Virus record (IMG/VR): IMGVR_UViG_3300012929_000004
Strand: one strand, 5' to 3'
Source: a virus
Length of the DNA stretch: 56,831 bases
The number at the start of each line of letters is the position of its first letter. The first letter of the stretch is position 1. Made by a program: the position numbers and the translations under genes. The notes below the pieces were generated by a model, which was not told where the DNA came from, searched no databases, and saw only the letters and a list, made by a program, of their open reading frames with translations. Shown in pieces: positions 7,214 through 15,956 of this stretch.

Positions 7214-8302
7214 ATGAGTGAAAGATGGGTTTCCGGTTATCACGGTGAAGATTCCTTAAGAAACAAAGCGCATAGAATGTTAGGCCATGAAATGAAAGGG
7301 GCTAAATATAAAGTGCCTGAAAGCATGTCAACGCATGACCATACCAAGATGCGTCCTTATGCAGAAGGTGGCCACGCCGAGGGTGGAAAGGCTGAAGATG
7401 GCAAGATGAAACGTGGTGGCCACGCTAAGCATCATAAGCTTAATCATGGTCAAACCGACTTACATATCCCGCATCGCGAAAAAGCGCCTGCAATGGCCCA
7501 TATGAGCCGTAGAAAGTCTGATTGCCTAAAGCATGGTGGAACGCCAAAGCTGAATGTAGAAACCGTTCGTGAATTTGAACACATGAAGCGTGGTGGTAAA
7601 TCTCATCACCATCATTACGCAGAAGGTGGTCATGCTGAGGGAGGAAAGGCTTCTGGCGGAGACATCATGAAGAAGGGCGGTCATGCGCATCATACCGCTC
7701 AGCATAAGCATCATGCGGCACGGGCAGCCATGCATAAGAAAGAACTAGCCAACCTGAACAAGGTGAAACATGAGATTCATGAAGAAGGTAATTATCGTCA
7801 TGGTGGCCATGTGCATCATAAGCGTCATCATGCAGATGGCGGAGTCATCCAAGCGGGCGGCCCATTCGGTCAAGCTGTAGCACCAGTTGCACCACAAGTG
7901 GCGCAAGCACAACAACCTATGAGAAAAGGGGGACATATGAAAAAGCATAAGGCTTCTGGTGGAACTATTTACGAACACCACATGGTTGGCGAAAGACCAT
8001 CGCATAAGAGACCTAATTTTAACTATGAATCAGAAATGCGCGGTGAAAAGCCCGTTCGTAAGCCAAGCTCACGCCATGAGTCTAAGCGTGGCTTAGATGA
8101 TAAGAACCATGGGCAAATATTTGCCGAAGGTGGTCACGCTTACGGCGGCGTTATGAAGCGTGGCGGTCATACACATCATAAAGCAGCTGGTGGTGAAACC
8201 AGAATGGCGGCAGGCGGCGTTGGCAAGATTCGCCATAACGCAGCGACTGCAAGCGGCAAACCAAAAGGTGCAGGACGAGTCATTCGGAACAATCTGTTTT
8301 GA
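7214..8302 (+). CDS. Histidine/glycine/lysine-rich repeat protein (virion-module gene)
   Basis: The ATG directly follows the portal stop. Repeats include YAEGGHAEGGKA, MKRGGH.HH, RHGGHVHHKRHHADGG and FAEGGHAYGGVMKRGGHTHH. Confidence 0.7.
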   Translation: MSERWVSGYHGEDSLRNKAHRMLGHEMKGAKYKVPESMSTHDHTKMRPYAEGGHAEGGKAEDGKMKRGGHAKHHKLNHGQTDLHIPHREKAPAMAHMSRRKSDCLKHGGTPKLNVETVREFEHMKRGGKSHHHHYAEGGHAEGGKASGGDIMKKGGHAHHTAQHKHHAARAAMHKKELANLNKVKHEIHEEGNYRHGGHVHHKRHHADGGVIQAGGPFGQAVAPVAPQVAQAQQPMRKGGHMKKHKASGGTIYEHHMVGERPSHKRPNFNYESEMRGEKPVRKPSSRHESKRGLDDKNHGQIFAEGGHAYGGVMKRGGHTHHKAAGGETRMAAGGVGKIRHNAATASGKPKGAGRVIRNNLF

Positions 8303-8541
8303 TTCTAAAGTTCTGTGATGGTTTGTTATTTAAAATACGCGAACGCCAGGTGTTAGTGGCTACACGGCTAACATCTGGCAACTGCAAAGATTTTGAAGAA
8401 TACAAGTTACTGCTAGGAAGATTGCAGGGCTTAAAGGAGTCAGAGGATATCGTTAAAAAGATATTCGATGACACGTTTAAAACCACACGGTTATACGAAG
8501 AGGGAGAAAAGAATGACGGAACCAAAGCTGAGTTTTATTGA
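8299..8541 (+). CDS. Hypothetical protein (doubtful; no ATG, TTG/GTG start only)
   Basis: 80-codon ORF filling the 8302-8513 gap. No SD was seen. Confidence 0.3.
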   Translation: MILKFCDGLLFKIRERQVLVATRLTSGNCKDFEEYKLLLGRLQGLKESEDIVKKIFDDTFKTTRLYEEGEKNDGTKAEFY

Positions 8542-8992
8542 GCCTCACGAAGAAGCAGAGGCAAAAGAGTTAATCAAAACACATTTAATAGATGCCTCAG
8601 GCCTATTAGATTTTGAACCCCCACGACCTGCCGGTTATCACATGGCAGTCAAGCTCTACATTCGCGCAGAAGATGTTCACGGCCTAAAAGATGATGCAGG
8701 TAATGCAATCTTAGGTGCTGATGGCAAGCCCATGTTTATCGCATTACCAAGCTCTGTGACCGCTAATGACAAGTGGCGCTCATGCGTTGCCTTAGTGGTT
8801 GCGCAAGGTCCAGAAGCTTATCAAGGCGATAGATTTAAGCGTAGCGGCCCTTGGTGCAAAGTTGGGGACTGGGTAATCATTCCCCGCAATGAAGGCACAC
8901 AAATCAATTATCGCGGTATTCCTATGCAGATTATTCCAGATGACCGCGTGTTAGGAATCGTAGAAGACCCAAGTTACGTAACCAGAGATTAA
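8513..8992 (+). CDS. GroES/Gp31-like co-chaperonin-fold protein (candidate)
   Basis: ATG at 8513 with SD gaggga. The pattern YHMAVKLY, VALVVAQGPEAY, KVGDWVIIP, DDRVLGIVEDP resembles the cpn10 layout (VlaVG.G, kvGD.V, dILa.v). Confidence 0.5.
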   Translation: MTEPKLSFIEPHEEAEAKELIKTHLIDASGLLDFEPPRPAGYHMAVKLYIRAEDVHGLKDDAGNAILGADGKPMFIALPSSVTANDKWRSCVALVVAQGPEAYQGDRFKRSGPWCKVGDWVIIPRNEGTQINYRGIPMQIIPDDRVLGIVEDPSYVTRD

Positions 8993-9002
8993 GGAGAATC
9001 AG

Positions 9003-9941
9003 ATGAGTGAATATGAAGATACGGATAATCAAGAATTAGACAACAATGAAGGTTCTGAAGAGCATGAACAGTCTCAGCCTGAAGAGAATCTGGAGAGCCA
9101 GCAAGAAACACAAGCTCAAGAAGAGGAAGCTTCCCAGCCGGTTGAAGAAAAACCCAAAAAGAAAAAGGTCAATATCGGGGAACGCTTAAGTCAGGCTCAG
9201 CGTGAGAAGTGGCACGCTTTAGATGAGCTCAAAGCTATCAGAGAAGAAAACGACCGCTTACGCGCCATGACTGATGTGTCAACTAGAACTGCATTGAACC
9301 ATTACGACCAATCAGTACAGCAAAGGTTAATGGCCGCTAAAGAGCAAAAGATACGCGCTCTTGAATCAGGCGACATCATGGCGCAAGCAGATGCCGATGT
9401 TGCGCTCTCAATGGCAACTTCTGAATTCCAACAGCTTAACAATATGAAGGCTCAGCAAGAAGTTTACCAGCAGCCGCATTATCAGCAACAACAATACACG
9501 CCACCTACTCGTGAACGCGAAGTGCAGGAATGGGCCAGCCAGAATGATTGGTTCCATCCTTCTAGCGATAACTACGACGATGAAATGGCTAATGAAGTAC
9601 ACGCCTACTGCAATGTCTTTGATAACAATCTTTATAGAGCGGGTCAAGCCGACAAGATTATGTCACGCGAATACTTCGACTTACTGAATGAGCACATTAA
9701 GGCTGTTAAGCAGAATAAATATCAATCAAGAGGAAGGGATTTACAAATGAAATCAGGAAGAGGAACGGTAGCACCAAGAAGTGGTTACAGCGGTCAATCA
9801 AGTGGTGGCAGCCCAAGACAGCCAACGTTAACAGCAGACGAAGCCGATATGGCTAGACGTTTAGGTGTTAAGGATGAAGATTACTTAAATCACCGTAAAG
9901 AAGATGAGCGCAACAACGGCCATCGTAGGATTCGAAGATGA
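9003..9941 (+). CDS. Scaffolding protein candidate
   Basis: 312 aa with an acidic N-terminus, coiled-coil/Q-rich middle and basic C-terminus. It sits between the portal and capsid genes. Confidence 0.55.
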   Translation: MSEYEDTDNQELDNNEGSEEHEQSQPEENLESQQETQAQEEEASQPVEEKPKKKKVNIGERLSQAQREKWHALDELKAIREENDRLRAMTDVSTRTALNHYDQSVQQRLMAAKEQKIRALESGDIMAQADADVALSMATSEFQQLNNMKAQQEVYQQPHYQQQQYTPPTREREVQEWASQNDWFHPSSDNYDDEMANEVHAYCNVFDNNLYRAGQADKIMSREYFDLLNEHIKAVKQNKYQSRGRDLQMKSGRGTVAPRSGYSGQSSGGSPRQPTLTADEADMARRLGVKDEDYLNHRKEDERNNGHRRIRR

Positions 9942-10078
9942 TGGAAGAAGATATCGGCAAGCAAGAAGTTCCGGAAAAAAAGCCGGAGCCAATCCTAACA
10001 CCCATGCAAAGTGATGAGCCTAAAAAGCGCAATGTAATTTACCGCATCACAGACATGCTGAAAGAGTTATTTTCATAA
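9938..10078 (+). CDS. Micro-ORF (46 aa, MMEEDIGKQEVPEKK...)
   Basis: Hand translation. ATGA overlap with the scaffold stop. It ends just before the SD of the next gene. Confidence 0.35.
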   Translation: MMEEDIGKQEVPEKKPEPILTPMQSDEPKKRNVIYRITDMLKELFS

Positions 10079-10088
10079 GGAGACCACA

Positions 10089-10616
10089 ATGAGTAAAAAG
10101 GATATTAGCAATCGTAAGCAAGAGCATGACGAAAGAGACTTAACTAACCGTTTCGAAGAGACCAGAGCATTCGATGAGCGAGAAGCGCATAAGCGTGCCG
10201 TGATGAGCATGAACGGCTCTGACCCGCTTTATATTGACCCAGAGATTATCCCAGCAGGGACTGAATATCGTTGGATACGTGAAAGCGTTCAAAACCAGCC
10301 TGATACTGCCCGCATGGTGGCAACCAGACGCAAAGGTTGGATGCCAGTACCGGCCGCGCGTCATCCTGACATGGTGTTCAAAGACTTCTTTGGTCGCCTA
10401 GACCATATGAGCAACTATATATTCCATAGCGGCTTAGTGCTCTGTGAACGTGCTGAAGAGCTTGGCAAGCTAGAAATGGAGCGTATTGCTAACCATAACT
10501 ATCAGGTGATGACATCGATGCCAGGGACCGACAACTTTATGGGCGAACCTGGTATTCCTGTTAGGAATGCTTCTGAGACTTCAAAGTCCAGAGCAGCACG
10601 CGTAACGCCTTCTTAA
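10089..10616 (+). CDS. Hypothetical head-module protein, GW-P..A..H-P paralogue family member
   Basis: SD aaggag. YRWIRE...RKGWMPVPAARHPDM...GLVLCE matches the 1551..2436 pair. Confidence 0.65.
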   Translation: MSKKDISNRKQEHDERDLTNRFEETRAFDEREAHKRAVMSMNGSDPLYIDPEIIPAGTEYRWIRESVQNQPDTARMVATRRKGWMPVPAARHPDMVFKDFFGRLDHMSNYIFHSGLVLCERAEELGKLEMERIANHNYQVMTSMPGTDNFMGEPGIPVRNASETSKSRAARVTPS

Positions 10617-10619
10617 CTA

Positions 10620-10649
10620 TTGTACAAATTTTGTACAGGGTGCTAAGAT
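10620..10649 (+). promoter_or_regulatory. Candidate promoter TTGTAC-N18-(TGc)TAAGAT overlapped by the 17-bp palindrome TGTACAAA-T-TTTGTACA
   Basis: Lies in the 253-bp gap upstream of the decoration-like and capsid genes. The palindrome spans 10621-10637. Confidence 0.35.
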
Positions 10650-10869
10650 TATCTGAGTGGGCTGGTACCCCCGTAAAAAACTACCCTTACGCCCTCCTAA
10701 GCTAGAATTAGGATAGAGGAGCTTCCTCGATAAAAAGCGCAGTGACAGCGTGCTCTCGCACGTCAGGCACTAGAGTCAATCTGGCTAGTAATCAGATGGC
10801 AACCTGAGCCAATCAGGACCATGCAAGGGAAACCTTGTTACTAGCACAGATTATCTAGGAGTCTGCTTC

Positions 10870-11532
10870 ATGTCATACGGAACTGATGCACCTTTCGGCT
10901 TTCAGCCACGTCAATATTTAGACGGTTCTCTCTGGACTGGTCAAAACAGCGAATATTTCATTAATGGTAACTTGACTGGCACTCTTGCCTCATATGCCAC
11001 TTCTATTTTCACGGGCGACTTAGTTAAGCTCGCCGTAGACGGAACTATCCAAAAATGCGCAGTCGGTGACGCCACTATCGGTGTTTTCTTTGGCTGCAAA
11101 TATTTTGATGCTTCTAATACGTTCCAACGCTCTGCTTATTGGGCGGCTTCTACTCCTACTTATTTAGGGCAGAATCCTGTTGCCTATGTAGTGGACGACC
11201 CTAATGTGTTGTTCGATGCTCAGGTAAAAGGAACGGGCACAGTCACCACCAATGTTAACACTATCAATATTGGTGTAAACGTTGCCACTACTTATCAGTC
11301 AGAACTTAACTACAACTACAACATCAATCTTGGTGCTGGCGGAAGTACTATTTCTGGACAGTCTAGCGAATATTGCGATTTAGCAACACAAGCGGTAACG
11401 GCGACTCTTCAACTAAAGCTAATTCGTTTAACTCCACGCCCAGGTAATAACTTCGGTCTTGCATTTAATAACGGATTATTTTTAATCAACAACCACATTT
11501 ACAAAGGCGGAACCGGCACAGCTGGAATCTAA
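10870..11532 (+). CDS. Head decoration-like protein (candidate)
   Basis: 220 aa, immediately upstream of the capsid gene, with SD aggag. The functional call rests on position only. Confidence 0.6.
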   Translation: MSYGTDAPFGFQPRQYLDGSLWTGQNSEYFINGNLTGTLASYATSIFTGDLVKLAVDGTIQKCAVGDATIGVFFGCKYFDASNTFQRSAYWAASTPTYLGQNPVAYVVDDPNVLFDAQVKGTGTVTTNVNTINIGVNVATTYQSELNYNYNINLGAGGSTISGQSSEYCDLATQAVTATLQLKLIRLTPRPGNNFGLAFNNGLFLINNHIYKGGTGTAGI

Positions 11533-11543
11533 GGAGATTATTC

Positions 11544-12446
11544 ATGGCAATTAATACCACTGCAATCGCTAATCTTCTAAGACCCGGCTTAGCTGCGGTT
11601 TTTGGTGATTATCCGTTATATCCATCACAATGGTCTGACATTTTCGAGACATACGAATCTGATAAAGCTGTTGAGATTGAAGTTGAAATGAAGATGTTAG
11701 GTTTAGCACAAATTCGTGCTGAAGGTTCACCCACTGCGGTTGATACCATGGGCCAACGCATCATAACTTCTTATGTGCATAAATACGTTGCCCTTTCGTT
11801 TAACATAACGAGACAGGCGATAACGGATAATTTATACAAGACAAAATTCCCATTAATGGTACGCGCATTAAAGAAATCGATGGCGCAAACCAAAGAAATT
11901 CTTGGCGCATCCGTGCTCAATAATGGATTTTTAGCAGCGTTTCCTATCGGTGACGGTCAAGCATTGTATTCGGTGTCTCACCCAATTGATGGTGGCGTTG
12001 TTGCAAATAAACCTGCTGTTGATGCAGATTTAAATGAAGCATCGTTAGAAAGCGCTATTATCGCTATCCAACAGTTCAAAGACCAAGCGGGTTTAATTGT
12101 ACAAACGAAACCAGAAAAATTAATTGTTGCACCACAAGGACAATTTGTTGCTGAACGTTTGTTAGCATCTGCATTCAGAACGAACACTGCGAATAACGAT
12201 ATTTCCGCTGTTTACAACGTATCTGCGGTTCCACAGGGTTACAGAGTTAATCAATATTTAACTGCTCCTAACGCTTGGTTCCTCAATACAGATGCACCAG
12301 ATGGTTTTAAACATTATATTCGTGAAGCAATTGAAACCGATGTTTACACAGACTTCTCTACTGACAACTTGTTAGCAAAAGCTGTGGAACGTTATTCATT
12401 CGGTATTTCAAACTTCCGCGCATCTTACGGTTCTAATGGTCCGTAA
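11544..12446 (+). CDS. Major capsid protein (HK97-fold type, candidate)
   Basis: 300 aa with strong SD aaggag, at the expected position after the scaffold and decoration-like genes. Composition is typical of small HK97-like capsid proteins. Confidence 0.7.
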   Translation: MAINTTAIANLLRPGLAAVFGDYPLYPSQWSDIFETYESDKAVEIEVEMKMLGLAQIRAEGSPTAVDTMGQRIITSYVHKYVALSFNITRQAITDNLYKTKFPLMVRALKKSMAQTKEILGASVLNNGFLAAFPIGDGQALYSVSHPIDGGVVANKPAVDADLNEASLESAIIAIQQFKDQAGLIVQTKPEKLIVAPQGQFVAERLLASAFRTNTANNDISAVYNVSAVPQGYRVNQYLTAPNAWFLNTDAPDGFKHYIREAIETDVYTDFSTDNLLAKAVERYSFGISNFRASYGSNGP

Positions 12447-12468
12447 TAGTGGTTAACTAGGAGAAATC

Positions 12469-13188
12469 ATGGGAATTAATCAAACGTCCCCAACGACATT
12501 TACCACTGCGGTTCTGATTGGTGATACTAAATCTGTTACTGGAGGTTCAAATGATGTTCCTCCAGTCATGACAACGGTTGGTAATCCTCCACTACCAATT
12601 GATGCTGCCTTAGAAATTCAATCGACGACTGGTGGATTTGTATTACCACGCATGACAACCACGCAGAAGAATGCGTTAACGCCTGTTGTGAATGGGATGC
12701 AAGTGTTTGATTCGACGCTTGGGTCTGTACAATTTTTTACTGGAGGCATTTGGTCTCAGGCTTCAGCACCAAGCGGCATTCAGTATGCAACGGGCACATT
12801 TACATCTGCCCAATTAAACGGAATGTATGCTGTCCCTATCAGCATATTAGCAGCGCCAGGCGCCAATGTTACATATCTTGTAGAAAAGTTTGCGTATGAA
12901 ATTGTTGGCACCGGAACAGGATATGCTGGTGGTGGCATTACTATATTAGAGTATGGCAACGTTGCTCATGGGGCTGGTCCTCAAGCAGCTTCCACAATTC
13001 CGGCTGGAGAATATACCGCTACAAGCAGCCTTTTCTTTACCATGACCGCCATAAGCATTCAAACCACCATGGCAAACGCGGCTAATTTAGCAATATATTT
13101 ATCCAATGATACGGCCGCTTTTACAGGCGGTGGAGCAGGAACTATTAATTGGTATATTTGGTTCAGAGTAATTCCAACGGTTGCTTAA
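12469..13188 (+). CDS. Short tail-fibre-like protein (shared N-terminal anchor and shared C-terminal domain)
   Basis: The N-terminus SPTTFTTAVLIGDT...ALEIQS...LPRMTTTQKNAL matches 16734 and 19781. The C-terminus matches 15957..16715. Confidence 0.65.
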   Translation: MGINQTSPTTFTTAVLIGDTKSVTGGSNDVPPVMTTVGNPPLPIDAALEIQSTTGGFVLPRMTTTQKNALTPVVNGMQVFDSTLGSVQFFTGGIWSQASAPSGIQYATGTFTSAQLNGMYAVPISILAAPGANVTYLVEKFAYEIVGTGTGYAGGGITILEYGNVAHGAGPQAASTIPAGEYTATSSLFFTMTAISIQTTMANAANLAIYLSNDTAAFTGGGAGTINWYIWFRVIPTVA

Positions 13189-13202
13189 ACAAGGAGTGTT
13201 TT

Positions 13203-13484
13203 ATGTCATTTATTCAGGATATCGAAGCAAAGATTGCAGAACTGGCAGCTCAGATTAAAACTCATAGCGGCTATGTGACTGATATTGAAACCACTATCAG
13301 CAAGCTTGCGACCGACAAGATTACGTCTACTAACAATTTGCATATTTTAAATGGTGCAACACAAGCGTATACCGACGTGTTGAACCTATTAAAATCTGCT
13401 GAAGCAAGTCCTTTTGGGCAAGCGGTAGAAGCTGCTATCCCTGTTGTTGAAGCTATAGCGCCATTAATCGGAGAGCTTGTATAG
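13203..13484 (+). CDS. Hypothetical coiled-coil protein
   Basis: ATG at 13203 with SD aaggag. The track start at 13149 was rejected. Confidence 0.55.
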   Translation: MSFIQDIEAKIAELAAQIKTHSGYVTDIETTISKLATDKITSTNNLHILNGATQAYTDVLNLLKSAEASPFGQAVEAAIPVVEAIAPLIGELV

Positions 13485-14153
13485 ATGGGAAAACCTGTTG
13501 TTTATACCTGGGCTGCTGCAAGTACTACCGCTGTTACGCAACTGCAAACAACGGCCGGTGCTGCAACGCTTGTATTAAACGGCAGCTTATTAGTTTCCAC
13601 TAATCCATCTGTCATTAGCTTCGGAGCTGTGTCTCGCACCGTTAGTTTAACGTCTGCTAATGATTTGCATCTGGTGAACGTGACGATTACTGGAACCTAC
13701 TTAGGCGCTGTGCAAACAGAAACTCGCGCAGGTCCAAATGCTAATACAGTCTATACCACTAAATTATTCGATACAGTCACCTCTGTTAGTGTAGGCGCTG
13801 CTGTCACCGCATTATCGGTTGGCTCTGGCACTACCGGAAGCACGCAATGGTATCTCTATGATTACTATGCGCCAAACGCTGCTTTTTCAGTGCAGGTAGT
13901 TGTGACCGGAACCATTACCTATAGCTTTGAAACCACTTTAGATGATGTGACCACGGTTACAAGTCCAACGGTGTTAACGGGTCTGACAGTCCCGCAACCT
14001 AATAATGCGCAAGCTTTTCAATTAGTGATGTCAGCGGCAACGAGTTCACAGGCTGGTTACTTTAACTATCCAACACGTTACGTAACGGTTGCGATTACCG
14101 CAGCCACTACAGGCTCTTTAGTAGCAACATTTGTTCAACAAGGGATTAAGTAA
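13485..14153 (+). CDS. T/V/A-rich beta-type virion protein (hypothetical)
   Basis: 222-aa ORF in the late operon. Confidence 0.6.
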   Translation: MGKPVVYTWAAASTTAVTQLQTTAGAATLVLNGSLLVSTNPSVISFGAVSRTVSLTSANDLHLVNVTITGTYLGAVQTETRAGPNANTVYTTKLFDTVTSVSVGAAVTALSVGSGTTGSTQWYLYDYYAPNAAFSVQVVVTGTITYSFETTLDDVTTVTSPTVLTGLTVPQPNNAQAFQLVMSAATSSQAGYFNYPTRYVTVAITAATTGSLVATFVQQGIK

Positions 14154-14350
14154 TGGGCAGAGCTAAGAAAATGTGGGTACAGGAAGCGTTTTCCAAGAAT
14201 AAGGGTGCGTTACATCGAAGTTTGCATGTGCCTCGCGGAGAAAAAATTCCCAGTGCTAAGCTTGAAAAGGCTGAACATTCCAAGAACAAAAAGCTACGTA
14301 AACGCGCCATTTTAGCTGAAACTGCAAAAAGTTTTCATCACGGGCACTGA
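14153..14350 (+). CDS. Small basic protein (hypothetical)
   Basis: 65 aa with TAATG coupling. Confidence 0.5.
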   Translation: MGRAKKMWVQEAFSKNKGALHRSLHVPRGEKIPSAKLEKAEHSKNKKLRKRAILAETAKSFHHGH

Positions 14351-14364
14351 TAGGGTATGAGTGA

Positions 14365-15549
14365 ATGTCGATTGTACCGGTCAATGGTCAAATTGTTCCC
14401 ACCACTAGCGGAACATACAACTTTGGCTCTCCACAGAGCAAAGAGTTAATTGAAGACGCTTACGAGCGTATCGGTATTATTCCATCTGAAATTACCCAAC
14501 AAAAAATCGCAGCCGCTCAACGCTCATTAAACTTCATTATTCAGCAATGGCCTAATAAGCGTAACAATCTCTGGACAATCCGTAAGGGCATGATTGGGCT
14601 TAACCCTAATCAGAACGCTTATAATTTACCGCCTAATGCGATTGACATTAAAACTGCCACCATTAGAACATCCATCCGCAATCTTGGTGGCATAGCATTC
14701 TCATCAGCGGGTGGTAACGCAAGCTTTGCTTTTGATTATAATCCAGCAACCGCTTGCACCCAAACGGACCCTAACGGTTATATCAGCTATAACTGGGGTG
14801 TCGCGCAATATGCCATTGCGATGGTAGGCGTTCAGGCTGCTAGGACCGCTAATTACACGCTCGTGTGCGAATATTCATTAGACAATGTGAACTGGTTTAC
14901 AGCCCTTAATATCCCCTCACAAACTTATACCCAAAGCGTTTTAACCTGGTTTGTTATCCCTGTACCCGTACCTGCGAATGTGTTTCGTGTGAGACAAGTT
15001 GCCAGTAGCACAGCACTCACATGGTCAACTATCACGACCCCTAATTGGGTCGCTATGACAGGACTTACATGGGGAACCTGGTCTGAAGTCACGCTCAGTG
15101 TTGAAGAGCTTTATTTTAATACAGCTCTTAACGACGTTATCGTCACACGCTTGTCAGAGTTTGAATACACCGCATTACCGATGAAGAATCAGATAGGGCG
15201 CCCAACAAGCTTCTATGTAGATAGACAAGTGAATCCAATTGTTTATCTGTGGCCAACACCCGTACTGCCTTACAACAATTTATATATCACTTTCTGGGAA
15301 GCGTTGCAGGATATCGGCGCTATGTTGAATAACGCAGAGGTACCCGCCAGATTCTTAGAGCCATTATGTTCAGCATTAGCTTATGCATTAGGTCTTAAGG
15401 AAGCCATTAAGAATCCTGCTATCGCGAACGTATTGCCGCAATTAAAAGCAGACGCTGAGATGTCTTACAGAGCAGCAGGTGAAGAGGACCGCGAACGCGT
15501 GCCATTACGCATCTATGGCGATTACATGCAAGGGTGGGCGCAGCAATGA
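14365..15549 (+). CDS. Virion structural protein (adaptor/tail-tube candidate)
   Basis: 394 aa in the late operon. Called from position only. Confidence 0.6.
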   Translation: MSIVPVNGQIVPTTSGTYNFGSPQSKELIEDAYERIGIIPSEITQQKIAAAQRSLNFIIQQWPNKRNNLWTIRKGMIGLNPNQNAYNLPPNAIDIKTATIRTSIRNLGGIAFSSAGGNASFAFDYNPATACTQTDPNGYISYNWGVAQYAIAMVGVQAARTANYTLVCEYSLDNVNWFTALNIPSQTYTQSVLTWFVIPVPVPANVFRVRQVASSTALTWSTITTPNWVAMTGLTWGTWSEVTLSVEELYFNTALNDVIVTRLSEFEYTALPMKNQIGRPTSFYVDRQVNPIVYLWPTPVLPYNNLYITFWEALQDIGAMLNNAEVPARFLEPLCSALAYALGLKEAIKNPAIANVLPQLKADAEMSYRAAGEEDRERVPLRIYGDYMQGWAQQ

Positions 15550-15956
15550 CGTATAGACCACATGGTAAGCATGTCAACATTGATGAAGACGCCCCTCAGG
15601 CGCTAGGTATCTGCGATTACACAGGCTTTGTCCATAAGCGCAGTGATTTAGTGCGACAAATGGAATGGCGTGGTAACGCAATTGTATGGACAGGATTTTA
15701 TGTCGGTAGATGGTATGCGGATAAGCCTAATGAGCAATTACGGCCCCCTATATTACCGCCAGACCCAGTACCGATTCGTGAACCACGATTGCAGCAACCG
15801 ACATTAGTGACATGGACCAACAATCAGCCTGCTGTATGGCAATTACTGCCCATTTATGACTGGGTTAGCTGGTCCGGGTCTGACGATGGTATTCCCTGTT
15901 TGCCTGAAAATCAGAGACTTTTTTTATTACAAACTGCCAATTGGAGCACTTTATAG
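15546..15956 (+). CDS. Hypothetical virion-module protein
   Basis: The ATG at 15546 overlaps the upstream stop (ATGA). The track start at 15534 is GTG. Confidence 0.55.
   Translation: MTYRPHGKHVNIDEDAPQALGICDYTGFVHKRSDLVRQMEWRGNAIVWTGFYVGRWYADKPNEQLRPPILPPDPVPIREPRLQQPTLVTWTNNQPAVWQLLPIYDWVSWSGSDDGIPCLPENQRLFLLQTANWSTL

Noticed and set aside
8299-8541. A possible untranslated 210-nt gap between the His-rich gene and the GroES-like gene, in place of a gene.
   Set aside because: Not fully rejected. The ORF has no ATG or SD, but its product looks protein-like. It is kept as a low-confidence CDS instead of being called non-coding.
10626-10638. The shared 13-mer AAATTTTGTACAG (also at 44191-44203) and the shared 15-mer ATATACTATAACCTT (32014 and 44563), considered as phage-specific promoter or regulator boxes.
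   Set aside because: In a 57-kb AT-rich genome tens of 13-mer and around one 15-mer coincidences are expected by chance. Only the local palindrome and the sigma70-like hexamers were kept.
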